In this document: positions 50,715 through 64,000 of the stretch, in pieces | Layout: every line of letters starts with the position of its first letter | Numbering within the stretch: position 1 is the stretch's first letter | NCBI GenBank assembly: GCA_026023565.1 | Contig: JAPETS010000017.1 | Location: forward strand, 434,001-498,000 | DNA length: 64,000 nucleotides | Source: Cirrosporium novae-zelandiae | Lineage: Eukaryota | Direction: 5' to 3' | Position numbers and translations under genes: made by a program | The notes under the pieces: generated by a model | Seen by the model: only the letters and a program-made list of their open reading frames with translations | Databases searched by the model: none | Told to the model about the DNA's origin: nothing

Positions 50715-52691
50715 ATGATTGGTCCTCACGACAGCCATGGTCAATTTCCAGTCTCGAACTCGTCGCTGTCCAATTCTGCCACAACCACAGCTCTTCGTCG
50801 AGGGCAATTGAAGATATCAGACCCTATCCCAATCCCTCGTGAAGGTACAGATGGTCTTGGTCCTCAAAGCTCCGTTGCTACTCCTTATATGCGATCGACC
50901 TCTTCCCTTCGACACACCTTTCAGAACCAGAGCATAGATGGGTCGGACGTAATCAGGAACACGTCGCCACATCTATTCAACAGAGCCGCTGCCTCGCCCT
51001 CCCCCCAGAGACAACATAAAAGAGCATTAACTAGTTTGCGCGATACAGGTTCTTGGCGCAACAATAGGCCCCGTGTCCATTCTCCCACCTCCCTTTCGTC
51101 CCTATATGAGACGATGTCAAGCTGCCCTTCTTCGACCATGGACTTGGATAAGAAACGAAGAAATGGCGGCATTAAAACTGTCTTGAAGAAAATATTTGGA
51201 ACTGTGAAAGGAAGAGACAGGCCAAAAACCCCTGGCTCTAGATGCCAACAGCATCATCGAAGTGTCAGTAACCCTAAATGACAGAACCTGAACATCGCTG
51301 ATTAGTTACAGGAACCCATCAATTTCATAAATGTCCCGGCAAATGTTAATTCCCAGCGAACCGTGTCTTTGCCAATATCGGAAATCATACGCAACAGTTC
51401 ATCAGCTACCCATCCTACGTTTGGTCCGAGCGCTGGTAATGAAGCTGGAACCCCTAATTCAACCCTTGAACCTATCCGCGAGAGCCGTCCAAGACCACGG
51501 CGCGCAACAATACCGAGTGTCGTCCTCTCCTCAACAGAAGAAACCGATTTGAAAGACGCCATGTCAAAATTAGGTGTTCGACCGCGAAGTCAAGATGCAA
51601 ATTCAGAAGAGACTCCAGAGAACATAGGCTATGCCGTGACGAGCGGGGGCAGTTCGAAGCGTCGGTCTAGGAGCGTAGATGCTCTAAGAGAGTTGGCTCA
51701 AGAACATAATTCCGGTCAATGGAGGAGGAGAAGTGATGAGATTAAATACTGGAGAGCCAGCACGGCAGATGGCGCGCTTGAGAGGGTCCCGTCATGCCCA
51801 GAAGATACTACAGTGGCAGAAACCCAGAATCCAGAACTTGAGGATTCTGCCAAACCGGATCATGAAGGGAACGGCCTCCTCGGTGACCATCAATCCTTTG
51901 ATTTTGGGCCTACAGTGGGCAATTTCCGGAACCTCGGAACGGCAAGCATTGAAGAGAGAGTCACTACACTGGAGGTGAAGATGGCAGATTTAGAGCGCGC
52001 GATCGTAAGGATACAAAGCTTGATGCCAGGTGCGCGAGCTTTCGCATTAGGCAGACCTCCAAAGCCAGCAGGGCAGCGTTCACGATCGAGTTCAGTCAGT
52101 TCACAGACAATGCTGAAGAAATCGGAATATATAAGAATCCCCCGATATCATCAAAGCGACCCACAACTATTAAAACAATATGCTTCTACTTCTGATTTGG
52201 CTCGAGTTTCTGAGCTGTCTCGAGGACCACCTACATTTCTGTCATCACCTGGGACATCCCCTTCATCTTCACATTTAAACGATTCCGGATATCAAGAGGA
52301 TAAATCCGGTACTCGACAGAAGGGATCTACCTTCTCATCAAACGGCATCCCTGAGGATGCTACTCTTACAATGGAACATTACAATAGCCTCCTTTTGCTT
52401 ATTAAGCGCGAACAATCTGCGCGACGGAATTTAGAAGTCCAGCTCGCGCATGTCCAGCAGGAGGTGAAGACACTTCGGTTATCGCCTGCTATATACAAGT
52501 CAGGCGCTTATCCAACACATAGCCTAGATCATAAAGGACTAGCACCACCACAATCGGAACTGAGTGCGTTTGATAGCACAGGCGATGACTCTGATTCTGA
52601 TGATGGGTATCCGAAAGTCTTTGAGACGCCAGTTGACCCCAAGGGCTCCAAATACGAAATATTGGATGCGCATTATGTTCCAATGATTTAA
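50715..52691 (+). CDS. Hypothetical protein, low complexity with two short coiled coils, 2 exons
   Basis: ORFs 50715-51263 and 51312-52691 join in frame across intron 51264-51311 (GTCAGT..CTGAT..CAG). Motifs RPRRATIPS, RRRSDEIKYWR, IEERVTTLEVK and LIKREQSARRNLE. Confidence 0.75.
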
Positions 52692-53286
52692 TTTTTATTT
52701 ATTTCAAAAGTCAACTATATTTTTGCCCGAGAGGTTTTCTTTTTTTTTTTATATTTAGTCTCCGGGAGGCAGATGGTGGTAGTGGTAATTTTCGAAAGGT
52801 GCTGTGCATCACCTTAGTATTTTATTTCTTTCTGGGAGGTTATACTTTTATTATTTCAAAAAGGAGAAGTTTTGGAGCGCAGCCCTTGTTATTTGGGGGG
52901 AGTTGTGCAACACATACCCTGGCTGGGACAACAATTCCATACCATACTTATTGATGGCTCTATGGCTATATGAAATGTATATAATGTATACATCACGATA
53001 GCGGCATCTTGTGTACAGTAGCAGTGTTCCGTTCGCAGATTAAATAGTAATGATATGGTCCTGGTCAAATTTACCTGGCCCTCCATGTTGATAGTGATGC
53101 CTTAAACCTTTGGAGCTGTAGAGCTTCACTTTTATTTTTGCCAAGTTGGCCTTTCCGAAAACCTCTACCAAAAATAAGCTCCCAACTTCGTAGCTTTCAA
53201 CACCATCAGTAGACATTAGTAGGCATTCCCAGCAAATTGCTCTTTTCCAAAGGTTACTAGGGCCATCAAGGCCCTTGAAACATAAG

Positions 53287-54151
53287 ATGTCGTCTACGAC
53301 CACTACAGCAGCTGTCAAACCTCCCGTCCTTCGTACCATCACCCCCACTACAGCCCCAATCTCCCTCCAGCCCACCACCATCGCACATATCTACTCACCC
53401 ATACACACCCTCCTAGTCCTCGGCCTCTATTTCCTTCGCTTCAATGGCTTGGTGTCTGATCCCATCAGCACGATTGTGCAGAACTCTATAGGTCTGGCGG
53501 TGCTACAAGGACTTTATTGCGCTATTTGTGTCCCGCTGCCGGTAGGAGAAAAGAAGGAGAAAAAAGGCAGGGCTCATGCACATAAGAAGAAGGATGAGGG
53601 CAATGGATTTATTGGAGAGGTGATGAAGGAAATTGTGGTGAGTAAATAAAATCCTTCAAATGATATCCAAGTATATAAAATCTACACTTACTAACAAATA
53701 AATATTTCAGCCGAATTTTCTTTCCCACTTCCTCTCCGTACTTCTAACTCCCTTCCTCCTCGCCCTTCTTACCCTCTTCGGCGCGCCTCTCACCCCCTCG
53801 TCGGCCTTCCAATCAACCTATCTCCTCAGTCTCCACCTCTCAATACTCTCCCTCCCCCCGCTGCTCTACTCACACGTTCTTTCCACCTCCACGGTCCGAG
53901 AAATTTTTGCGGCCATGCTTCCCTTTGATGAGATCTGGGGTGGATGTGTGGGTGTTGTTGTTGGGGCCTGGTTCGGTGCCGTGCCAATCCCATTGGATTG
54001 GGATAGGGACTGGCAGAGATGGCCGGTTACTATTGTGGTGGGGAGTTTGATTGGATGGGGGGTCGGAAGGGCTTTGGGGGGGACTGTTGGTTGGGGCAAG
54101 AGAATTTGGTTTGGAGGGGAGGAGGAGGAGTTGGAGAAGAAAATGCAATAG
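53287..54151 (+). CDS. GPI11: GPI anchor biosynthesis protein 11 (PIG-F family)
   Basis: Multi-TM protein with LFGAP and GAWFGAVPIPLDWDRDWQRWP (PIG-F signature). Intron 53638-53710. Confidence 0.92.
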
Positions 54152-55127
54152 TCTGGATAGGAAAGGGCCTTGGTCTGGAATTTGGTAGGGCTCTAGACAC
54201 CGTTGATAAGGACTTATGCAAACACAACTACATTTAATAAATGCATATACACATATATACACATATATACACATATCAACCAAAAGTACCCAATCGCCCC
54301 AAATAAACCCTCCCACCCATCAAAACCCCTCCCCCCTAAGCAACAACAAGCAAAACACTTAACTCATCCGCTTCCTCTTCCCAGCATTCCACAATACCAT
54401 CCCACCTTATCCCACCTATATCACCACCACACCTTATCCAACCTTTCCCCTTTTCACGCATAAATAAACATATAAATATATAAATACATAAACGAACCAA
54501 AAATTACTTGTTTGTTTGTTAAGACTCGCTAGGGTATGGTGCATGTATATGTACCAACCCCATGCAAAAAAATTACAGATTGGATTTTAGTGGGTAGGAT
54601 TGGTATGGGGTTTGGAAGGGGGAGGTAGGCAGGTAGGTAGGGTTATGTATGGGTATCGACCTGTGTGTGGCCTGGAAAGTGTATCTGGAGTATCTATTTA
54701 GGTACTTAGACATCCACCTTCGGATGGAATAAAAGAGAGAGAAGAGAGAAAGAGAAAGTTACTAGCCACACATTGGCAGAACAGATAGTTACCTAGGTAG
54801 TTAGAGTTTTTTTTTGGGGGAGGGATATGATAGATAGATAGATAGACTTTCCGTTCTACTAATTAAATTGAAAATTCAAGCCTTTTCATTTTTATTTGGG
54901 GGAATTTTTTTTATTTCTGGGTTTTAGTTTAGATATAGTGTAGTAGTTATGTGTGGAGTGGAGTGGACTAATGTAACTTTAATCGTCATAAGAGCTGTGA
55001 TATGATGGCATGGCATGGCATGGTATTTGCTTCAACATCAGCATCATTAATCGGTCAGAGCTGAGCTGAGCTTGCTTTTCCTTTAGATTCATACAGAGTG
55101 TCTGTTGTCTTTACATTTTCAGTTCTC

Positions 55128-55924
55128 AGAAACCTGGACCGATATTGGATTTATTCTTCAATGTTTAATCGTAATGCAGAATCTTGCTTAACAATGGACA
55201 TCCACCACCATGCGATCCCCTTTGACATCGAAGCCTAGGTTAATGCTAGATTTCAGCGCCCGAGCTGGACACTTCATATCTCTAGCAACCTTCAGTCAGG
55301 AAAGACACATGGCCACGGCAGAAAATAATATATAGTTATGGACCTGGGAAAAGAAGATGGATGAGCTGATTCAGACAAAAAAAGACTAGAGATCTTTGTA
55401 GACTTGAAGGATTATCGTCATTATAAATGCCTTACCGACCCAGACAGCAGTAATAATGACGTCTGTCTCCCCCAATACCTTGAAATAGGTCCAGTTTTGC
55501 AACAACAGCATCATCCTTTTCTTACAACTTCCAGGACAGGTCCCATCTACTCATGGCTATGGCTTCTCTGCTTCCGATCCCCGCCAAAACTACACCAAAG
55601 CCAACAGCATTACGCAGTTCGAGAAAATGCTCCGATGGTTACAGGAACATGACGAGGAGGTCAGGAAAATCGCATGCAATAACGTTACTTTCCATGACAT
55701 ATGCCTGACACCTGCTGCAAGATGTGTACTATTGGCAAAGATCCATTTCTGGGTGACATGAGGTTAGCTTTGACCCACAACTGATTTCCGAGACAGGGGA
55801 ATGGCGGAGGGCACCGTTTGAGCGGTATATTATGGAAATACCAGAAATGAATGAAGAACAGGGATTGGAAGTGACTGGCGTATGGAAGGTATGGAATGAT
55901 AGGTTTGCTATTTCTGGTAAATAA
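55128..55924 (+). pseudogene. Decayed glycosyltransferase family 90 (CAP10/DUF821-like) remnant
   Basis: Collinear fragments in three frames: DLKDYRHYKCL; TLK*VQFCNNSII; DPRQNY..FEKMLRWLQEHDEEVRKIACNNVTFHDICLTPAA; DVYYWQRSISG*HEVSFDPQL..EWRRAPFERY. These resemble the GT90 C-terminus (LKYLQNC..; QNYV..DLEEKM.WL.EHD.EA..IA.N..F..YLTPAAEACYW..W.EVSFEP..WRG.PFE). Stops at 55486 and 55754, plus frameshifts. Confidence 0.7.
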
Positions 55925-57209
55925 GGATTTTTTTTTGATATCGAATGATTTCCAGAGTAGAATCAAGCGTATGGCAACCGACATATTCAAGAGGGGTTTT
56001 GATCAAGTTGAGTCATGTCCCAGGGTAACATCGTATATACGGATCGACCACAGCGTTGGATCTCCAAGGAACACGCCTCCGACTTCAAGGGACGTTTCAT
56101 GAAGTCTCGGGTTTGGCTTGCGAGGCTTGAGATTTGACGGTGGTACAAGAAAAGTTCATGAGACGAGTGGCATTCCAACACCTGGGAATGACGGGTTCAC
56201 AAGGCTGTTGGGAGGAAAATTATCAGCCATCAGGGGCAGGTGGTCGGGCATCCGTACTACTTTCCTACACTCTGGATGTGCTGTGACATACGTAGGTATG
56301 AGATCAAGGCACAGTAGTTGTGATCATTCGGGAAGCCGAGGGGCCGTTCACACACACAGAGAGAGAGAGAGTCATGTCTCAATAGACAGTTAGATAGTAG
56401 CATGTGGGGATTCTGAAAAAGAACAATTCATCAAATTCAAAGTCATGCTCATCTGATATTTGGAGGGGGGCTAAAAATGATTCTAAAAAAGTCGTTAGTG
56501 TTACTACTCTTTCAAATTATCCATATTTGGTGAAAAGAGTGTAGATGTTGACATCATAAGAAAAAAAATAGTTGACAAACTTCAACCCAAGTTGTGTGGG
56601 TGTTGTGGACTAGTCGGGGCTAGTTTATCCGTTAGTCTTTCGCTTAGCTTTGGAGGATCATTTTATTAATTAATTTACTAGTCTGCGTCTGTCATGGTTT
56701 CGGCCGAAGCTTGTTAAGTGGATTTTATTTGGGACCATACAGCCACCCATCAAAGATGGCTGAGAGAGGAAGAGAAGAAGAAAAAACAAAGAAAGAATGA
56801 ATGAATGAATGAAAGAAGAAAAAAGGAAGAAAAATAAGGAAAATTAGATGAAAGAAAATAATAATAATAATTAAAAAAATTAATTATTATATAATTACCC
56901 AACCGTTCTTTTGGTCAAATGAGGAAGGTCCTTTATAATTCAGGAGGGAGAACCAACAACCAGAGTTGATCACTCCCCAGTCATAGAATAGCTAACAATC
57001 ATCCCTACTGGCGCTTATCATATATTCCCGGCTGATCAATAATGGGTCCCTCCGTCTTTGGATGAACGCTGACAATCAAAAAAAAGAGTCCCAATATGAC
57101 AAGAATGTTCGGTTATCATCAGACGCTTAGATGATCCGCGGGTTTGAAGTAAGTTGTAAGTGTAAGCATGTCATGTCTGTACACAGTTAGTAGAGAGGAG
57201 AAAGAAAAG

Positions 57210-57241
<32 letters not shown>

Positions 57242-57887
57242 TTGATTTTCCAAGCGGCTATCTCCTGCAAGCCACTTTTTTCTTTTTTTTTCTTGAATTG
57301 GAAAACCAACGGGGGTAATGGTCGACTATTGAGATCCCCGCCTCTCGCTCTCCCATGTTCATCTTTTTTATAAGATTTTCCCTTCTTCCTTTTTACACCA
57401 ATTATCATTTTCCACTTATCCTTTGATAAACATCGCTAAGAGGGGAGGAAGTATAGTGGCATAGTGGCAGAACTTGACTCAAACTCACTTGACCTCCTGA
57501 ATTCTTTTCATTTGACTCGTTCCTAAAGTCAAGACCCATTTAGAAGAAGAAGGGGGACGACCCTTCTTTTCGACCTGGAATCTTGGACCTTGGACCTTGG
57601 ACCCTGTGCCTGTTTTTCCCTTCTTCACACAATTACTTACACAAAATATTCGAAATAATTCAAATCATTTTTCTCCATTATTCTCCTGTGACAACCCCTT
57701 CCCCTCCCCTTCCTGGCTATCTTCAAAATTTAGGATTAACTAGCTGGTTCGATAAAAACAAAAAAATACTTTTACTTGGTATATATTTATCTGTCTACTT
57801 GGTTGGCCACTACATCATCATCGTCATCACCTTCTCTACAAAAAAGTTGACAGAGACCCTTGATTTCATATCTACATATTTCACACA

Positions 57888-59384
57888 ATGGACGAACTAG
57901 ATGCGTTTCCTACTCCTCCTTCCTATACAGCAACGAGGACAAGAAAGTCTCCCAATCATGGGGTACACCAGAACCAAAACCAAAATCAAAACCAAACTCT
58001 TGCCCAACGACGCCGTCAAACCTCCTTCACCCCGCAGCCACTGCAGCCACGGAAGCCTCGTCCCGCACCCGCCGTTCTTACCGAAACCAATACAACCTTG
58101 CGAACACCCAGCGTATCACCAAGGCCACAACTCATGGCGGCACAACTTCCATTCCCCTCGCTTCCCTTATTGGAGCCCGAAGGAGGTTTAGGATTATTGA
58201 ATCACCTTGAAGAGGAAACTGTTGCGAATGGGGAATTCTATCGAGAAAACAATGAACCTTTCGATTTTGAAACTGCACCAATACCCATTGCTATTCCGAC
58301 ATTTGTGTCGCAAAGAGGACCCCACAATAGAAGGAGAGACAATGATCCGATTACGACGCCATTGACTGGAAGAGGTGGACTGTCGGTGGAACGGGGAAGT
58401 TATTTTCCATTTGATGATGACGAGTTGGAAGAATTAAATGGGGAGGATGGGAAACAGGGCCTAGAAGCCAGGGACTCGGAAGAAGAGGATGACGACGATG
58501 ATGCGAATAACGGAGAAGACGGGAATTCAAAATGCCGCCATGACCATGTAATCGATAGTCCCTTATCAGCGTCATTGTTAGAATCCTCTCAAAAAGAGCC
58601 CATCCTTCCCTCTGGGTCTGCTTCATCAACTGAATCCTTTTTCAATCCACCAATCCTACTCCAAAGATCCATATCGAAAATGCATCTCGCAGCAGCTACG
58701 CAACCTACACCAATTTCCCCCGCTTCTGCCACATCTACCAACATTCCTCCCTCACTTTACTTCCCAACTTCTCCTCTCTCTGCAGGTCGCCGTCGTCGTT
58801 GTCGTCCTCCCTCTCGACATTCACCAAATCCTTCGTACTCCCGTGGCCTCCCACGTTTTCACCCCGCAAACTTTACCCAACCATACACATCAAACCCCAC
58901 GCCGCCAACCACAAATCCTCTTCCAACCCCAGTTATTCCTGTAACTACAAGCAATGCTCCTCCGCTACATCAACTCCACGCCTATCAACGGGCCCTCATC
59001 GCCACCGCTATCCACACGTCTCTCCAAGCAAGCACACCAAACTCATCCAAACCCCTCTCTCCTCGTCTCCTTCCTCTCGGCTCTCCCATTGAGTCGCCAT
59101 CGAATCCCATGACTCCACTCGAGCTGGATATTGAACGGCACGGAGGGCATTCTCGACACAGCAGTTCTGGGGCGGGAGGATATTTTCTCGTGGGGTCAGG
59201 ACAAAGGGCCAGACCGGGAGGCGAAGAGGAAAGAGAGCTGGTGGAGATGCTTATCAGGAGAGAACGAGAGAGAGAAAGAGATATGAGATTGAGCGTTGGA
59301 CCCGGGATGCTGGGTCACAGTCATAGTTCAGGAGAGAGCCCTGTGCATAGTCCACAGCCGGTAAGCCCAGCCGGGGGGATGTGA
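57888..59384 (+). CDS. Hypothetical Pro/Ser-rich, probably disordered protein (498 aa)
   Basis: Long intronless ORF with short motif-like islands (GLPRFHPANF, LHAYQRALI, KPLSPRLLPLGSP..MTPLEL, GGYF). No domain recognised. Confidence 0.75.
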   Translation: MDELDAFPTPPSYTATRTRKSPNHGVHQNQNQNQNQTLAQRRRQTSFTPQPLQPRKPRPAPAVLTETNTTLRTPSVSPRPQLMAAQLPFPSLPLLEPEGGLGLLNHLEEETVANGEFYRENNEPFDFETAPIPIAIPTFVSQRGPHNRRRDNDPITTPLTGRGGLSVERGSYFPFDDDELEELNGEDGKQGLEARDSEEEDDDDDANNGEDGNSKCRHDHVIDSPLSASLLESSQKEPILPSGSASSTESFFNPPILLQRSISKMHLAAATQPTPISPASATSTNIPPSLYFPTSPLSAGRRRRCRPPSRHSPNPSYSRGLPRFHPANFTQPYTSNPTPPTTNPLPTPVIPVTTSNAPPLHQLHAYQRALIATAIHTSLQASTPNSSKPLSPRLLPLGSPIESPSNPMTPLELDIERHGGHSRHSSSGAGGYFLVGSGQRARPGGEEERELVEMLIRRERERERDMRLSVGPGMLGHSHSSGESPVHSPQPVSPAGGM

Positions 59385-61473
59385 GCTTCGACTTATCAAC
59401 GCATCATTCTTTAAACGAAAAAGAAGGAAGATGCTCAGCCTGACTGATAACCTTCCTGGTCATATTTATTCTACTTTATTCCTAGAGCCTTTTTTCATTT
59501 CCCTTTATACATTCATGCCTTTCGCATCAACATCGGCGTTCCACACTTGCCTGCATTTACGCTTCAATTCAACTTGTCAATCATTTTACAAAGAGGGGGC
59601 TTGTTGATTTGGCTGGAAAACAGTTTGACGGATGAATGAACGAATGAACGAATGAACGAACAAACGAACGGATGGATGGATGGATGGATGGGGAAACTTA
59701 GGAGAGTTCCTGGATGGGTTTATGGGAAATGCATTGGATGGATACTACTTACTTTACTGAACTGAACTACATACGACCTCTCTTGGAATAAAAATGGATG
59801 TTCTATATAAAGCTATTCTTGCTCTTACGTGGTACATGTACACCACATGGGTATCGCTTACTCTGTTACGTGATTGACTCATGGGTTCATTAGACTGCGA
59901 TTGTGATGGTGCTGGCTAGTTGCTTAAGTTGATAAGAATAGAATTTATTAGAGTCGCTACGGAATCGTTTGAACTATTAATGTGTTTATATAGATAATAG
60001 AATCCTAGTCTTCACTGCTATCCTATTCATATATAGTAGTTAAATGGGTATATATATACATTTGATATATCAAGTTAAGGGTATTAATCATTAAATTAGC
60101 TCTGCATTCATTGAAGTTCTAGCAGTTTTATTGGTTCGTTGACTATGGTGATAGGGGAGGGATTGAGAAGGGTGTGTGTTATGGTATTAAATATTCAGAT
60201 GGAGGTGGGGGATTATACGGTACATGTGCATTAATATTATTAATTTTATTGATATTTTATGTGTAGCTAGGGGATCTTGACAGGGGTGGGTCATCCTTTA
60301 CTGAGCAGAAGCCTTTGGGAACACTTTTTTCGAAACCAACCTTTCTAATTATGACGGGGGTTGACCATTTTCAATGAAGGTTTCTAATGTTCCTAGAATT
60401 GAAAAAAAGGACGAAACGTTGGGGTTGGAACCTTTTTCCCTGCCTTAATTATTTGTTTTGTAACAGTGTTTTCGATGAGGTCACATTGTACTGTATAGTA
60501 CACTTTGTTGTTCCAGAATATCCGAGCTGATGGATGAACCGACCAGTTTGCGTTTTTTTTTGTAACGTAAAACCTATCACAGTCGCCTTTTCATACTTTT
60601 TTCATCATGTCTAAACGTTTGAAATATGTTTTTTAGAAAAAAAAAATTCAAAGGTTGATTTATTCTCCTTTTCCTTTCCTTTTCCTTCTTTCTTTTCATG
60701 TGTTAAACAATCCATCGGTTTATTTATTTATCGCTCCATTATAATATTATCCCATCCCATCTAGTTTCATGCGGTAGAATGAGAACCATTTAACAGTCAT
60801 GCCACTACCACCACCACCAAGCTCCAAACCATCTCTAGCGTCCCTACCGTCCATCTCCCCAACCGAAAGCCCATCATCTCAGCACTTGTCCCGCCCAGGA
60901 AAAAAACAATACCAAACCCCCAAACCACCACCCCCACGTCATCATCATCGTTTCCTTATCATGACAAAACCGAAATCAGCTGTTCATCTAAGTAAGTTAT
61001 TTATATATCAAACCATTTTTTCTTTAAAAAAAAAGAAAGAAAAAAACAAATCGTATATGTGTGTGTGTACTCGCGATACGGATATATGATATGAATGTAG
61101 TTTCTTTTATATATACATGATGGGATGTGGATGAACTTTTTTTTTTCTTTTGGCTAACGAGTTTTTACTTGGGTCGTGTGTGATTTAGAAACAACGCTAT
61201 TTAAATGGAAACTCTGGCTTAGAGAGGTTGAGTGGAGGGCTAGTCGAAATATGGGGACTATGACTAGGGATTCGGGGGGGTAGTGGAGAGCTGGTTCATT
61301 AATTAATGGATATTAGGTATGTATGTATGTAATGTTTGAGTCAATGATGACGGATTGATGGATTAGGGGTATTAAGGGAATTCTCTTTTAAAGAAGAAGA
61401 GCAAGGAACAAGAAAAAAAAAGTGAAGAGAGAATATCCTTGGGTGGGGGGGTTCCTGACACTGGTATTTATAA

Positions 61474-62392
61474 ATGGCCTGCCTGCATTTCTCCCATCTC
61501 TCCCCACTATTGCCACTACCACTGCCACTGCAGATCCGCAGATGGTCTACCTACCCACCTAGGAGAGAGGTATTCCAAGATTCGTTCTTCTCACTTAAGG
61601 AGTTGGAGAGCCTCGAGCATGTATATCCATCACTAGGGCGTTATCTCTCCACCTTTAGCTACACCTACCTCTCGTATAGAGAAAGAAGAAGAAGAAGAAG
61701 AAGAAGAAGAAGAAGAAGAAGGAGGAGGAGGAGGAGGAGGGGGGGCATGTGATGTCAATTACATCGTTCCCGATGGCTTTGACGGCGCTGACATTGAATT
61801 AATTAACCAGGCGGCGGAACACGTGGCTGGGCGAATGCGGGAGGAAAGGAGGGTTGAGTTTGGCAAAGGGTGGATCCACCATGGCATCGATAACTTCCCG
61901 AGAACCAGCAGCAAGCGCACAGTTGCTGCATTATATGAGCTAGCAACCGTGCATCCAGATACAGTCGTCTTCCACCAAAAAGGATTGCGACTTCTAGCAG
62001 CACCTTGGCACTTCTGCTTCTGCGTAAAGCTTGCCGAGCTCTTCATATTGCTCAACGTAGATGAGGCCTGTTCTCGACCCATGCGCGATATGCGACCTAA
62101 GATTGTTTCTAATGCGGTGGCATACCTACACCAGCACATCATCATCCAAAGCCATGATAATACCACTAAAGGAAAAAAGGTTTGTGGATTGGAGGAGGTC
62201 TTGAAATGGGTGAGAAGATATAATAATAGGCCGCCGGTGTTAAATGAAGATGATGGGGAAATGATTTCGGTTCTTTTAAAGGAGTTGGATAATCGTTACA
62301 AATATATACATGGGGTTTCTGCTATTGATTTTGGCACATTGAGACAGGAAGAAGAAGATACTGGGAGGGAGTGTCCTTTAAAGAAAGTTTAA
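61474..62392 (+). CDS. Hypothetical protein with a poly-Glu tract; 5' structure uncertain
   Basis: The frame is open from 61637 to 62392 (poly-E, then ..INQAAEHVAGRMR..). The upstream ATG 61474 is in another frame and can be joined by a candidate intron at 61570-61636, or by a 1-nt indel at the GAA repeat. Confidence 0.45.
61685..61740 (+). repeat. Compound (GAA)n(GAG)n microsatellite
   Basis: Direct reading; encodes poly-Glu in the open frame. Confidence 0.9.
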
Positions 62393-64000
62393 TAGTTGAG
62401 CGGAAACTGATGAAGTTGGGTGAAATATTAGGTGCTTCTAAAAATAAGCTTTCGAAGAATGCCAAGGCCTACTACTTGATAGTAACGCCATACCAGACAA
62501 CCTTTTTATATAGATATGCTCCAAGTCTTTGACGCCAGGATTTTGATATAGATATAGCATTTATGAAATTTCTTTGATAGTTATTGTCCGTCAGGGCCTT
62601 CATCCTCTTATCGCCTTGTACTTACCCAGAACATCAGGCTACACATTTTCAAGTGAGAATCCATCAATCCACAGATCTGCCTAACTCTTCGCGTTACACT
62701 TATCCAGGTCTTTTGGTAGTTGTATATATACGAATGCTATTTTGAAATGAAGCGGATCATTTTACTAAGTTACCATTGGGCAAATTACGAGGCCTCCTTA
62801 ACGCCCCCTAGATAATAATCGCATTTGTTTCAGCTTCTATTTCACAAGCCCCTCCAAATTCTTATCCTTGGTTCATATCTATATATCTTGCCATTAGCTC
62901 CACAAGCCTCCATATTTACTTTCCCTTTCCCTTTCCCATCTCCGACGCCCCTTCCCCAAATGCTCAGACCTCACCTCACACCCGATTAACCTGATGACTG
63001 CGTGGGCGGATTTCATGGGACTCTTGGAGATTCCTTCCAGATCTCGTGCTTCATGAAGCAAGCAGTAGACACGAGTCATGGGGAGTTTTAGTAGCCGTAG
63101 TGTACGAGGATGAAAATGGATCCGCGACCAGCGTAGTAGTGGTCAATGAATGCAGGGGAATATATCAAGCACGAAAAGGTAGGAGGTTCATGACATAGCA
63201 TAGTGGGAGATGTTTTTGGGGTGTTACGGTTTTCCTTGGGGAAGTAGGCGATGATAGTGATCGCCGAAAATGGTGAATATTCAAGGGATAGATAATAGTT
63301 CAATTGGTATGCAGCAGCAACAACAAAAATTTCTCTCACAATATAAGAGGAACCATGAGTTTACACGGGAGAATGTATATTTTCATTTTTGTTCACAAAG
63401 AGATGGTAGGAATAGATATGGTTGGTTGGTCGAGATTGGAGTAAGGATATGAAAGGTTTTATAGGGGGTTGAGGTTCTATCGATGAAACAAGCTGGAGCA
63501 ATGGAAATCTACCTAGCTACTCGGGCCTTGTATCCCGAGAATCTTCATTAAGAATTATTTTCAGCCAGATATCACCGTAGCCTCGACCTGCCTACCAAAA
63601 ATAAGCGAAGAGGTGAGGTGGGGGGGGGGGGGGGGTTAGAAAAAAAAGAGCCTCCTCCTCCTCTCGGTCTTCAACTCAAGCCCCCCCTCCTCTTCCCCTC
63701 TTCAACCTTATTTATATACCAATTAACGATACTTAACTCTCAACAGGTGGTAGGTTACTTCGGTCCGATGGTTTAAGTGTTTAAGCAGGCCCCTTTGCTT
63801 CGGGAGCCGCACACATTACCCGCCCATAAAGATCATCCAACATGATGCCCGTTGTTAACGGGGTTCGATTCGCGTGCGGGTCGGGTGCATGCCCTTGAGA
63901 TAATTCCTTCAGATATTTGAAATTCCGTACGTTAGTTAACCCTCTTATAATATGTAGAGGAGCCAACTGATCTTATTTTTTTATTTTTTAAAAAGATGCT

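Noticed and set aside
62894..63339. Two minus-strand ORFs faintly like a small-GTPase fragment
   Set aside because: They are in different frames and lack a P-loop or NKxD motif; the similarity is too weak.
63781..63966. GGTTCGATTC tRNA-like T-loop, or the last exon of a gene beyond the window
   Set aside because: No cloverleaf can be built, and an exon cannot be supported without the neighbouring sequence.

Overview
Gene-dense, intron-containing chromosomal DNA of a filamentous ascomycete (Pezizomycotina-like GT-AG introns with CTAAC/CTGAC branch points, and AT-rich, microsatellite-rich intergenic DNA). From left to right it carries: HIR3 (cut off by the window edge), a golgin-like coiled-coil protein, a kinesin-6, a U24-type C/D snoRNA inside an intron of an apparently non-coding host transcript, a small F-box-like gene, a DUF1996+WSC secreted protein, the Ste2 alpha-pheromone receptor, a divergent Argonaute with a single in-frame TAA, glutathione-dependent formaldehyde dehydrogenase, TIM9, a Sac7-like RhoGAP, GTP cyclohydrolase II, an orphan ORF, a FucP-like MFS transporter, a ubiquitin-like(RGG)-AN1 zinc finger fusion, the Hcs1/IGHMBP2 helicase, GPI11, a decayed GT90 (CAP10-like) pseudogene and several hypothetical genes. 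I found no transposon, tRNA, rRNA or CRISPR array. The strongest leads are the stop-interrupted Argonaute with an intact DEDD tetrad next to STE2, the U24 snoRNA with one degenerate guide, the UBL-RGG|M-AN1 fusion, and a stop-free 273-nt candidate intron in the kinesin motor. All family calls come from motifs recognised by eye; no database search was run.
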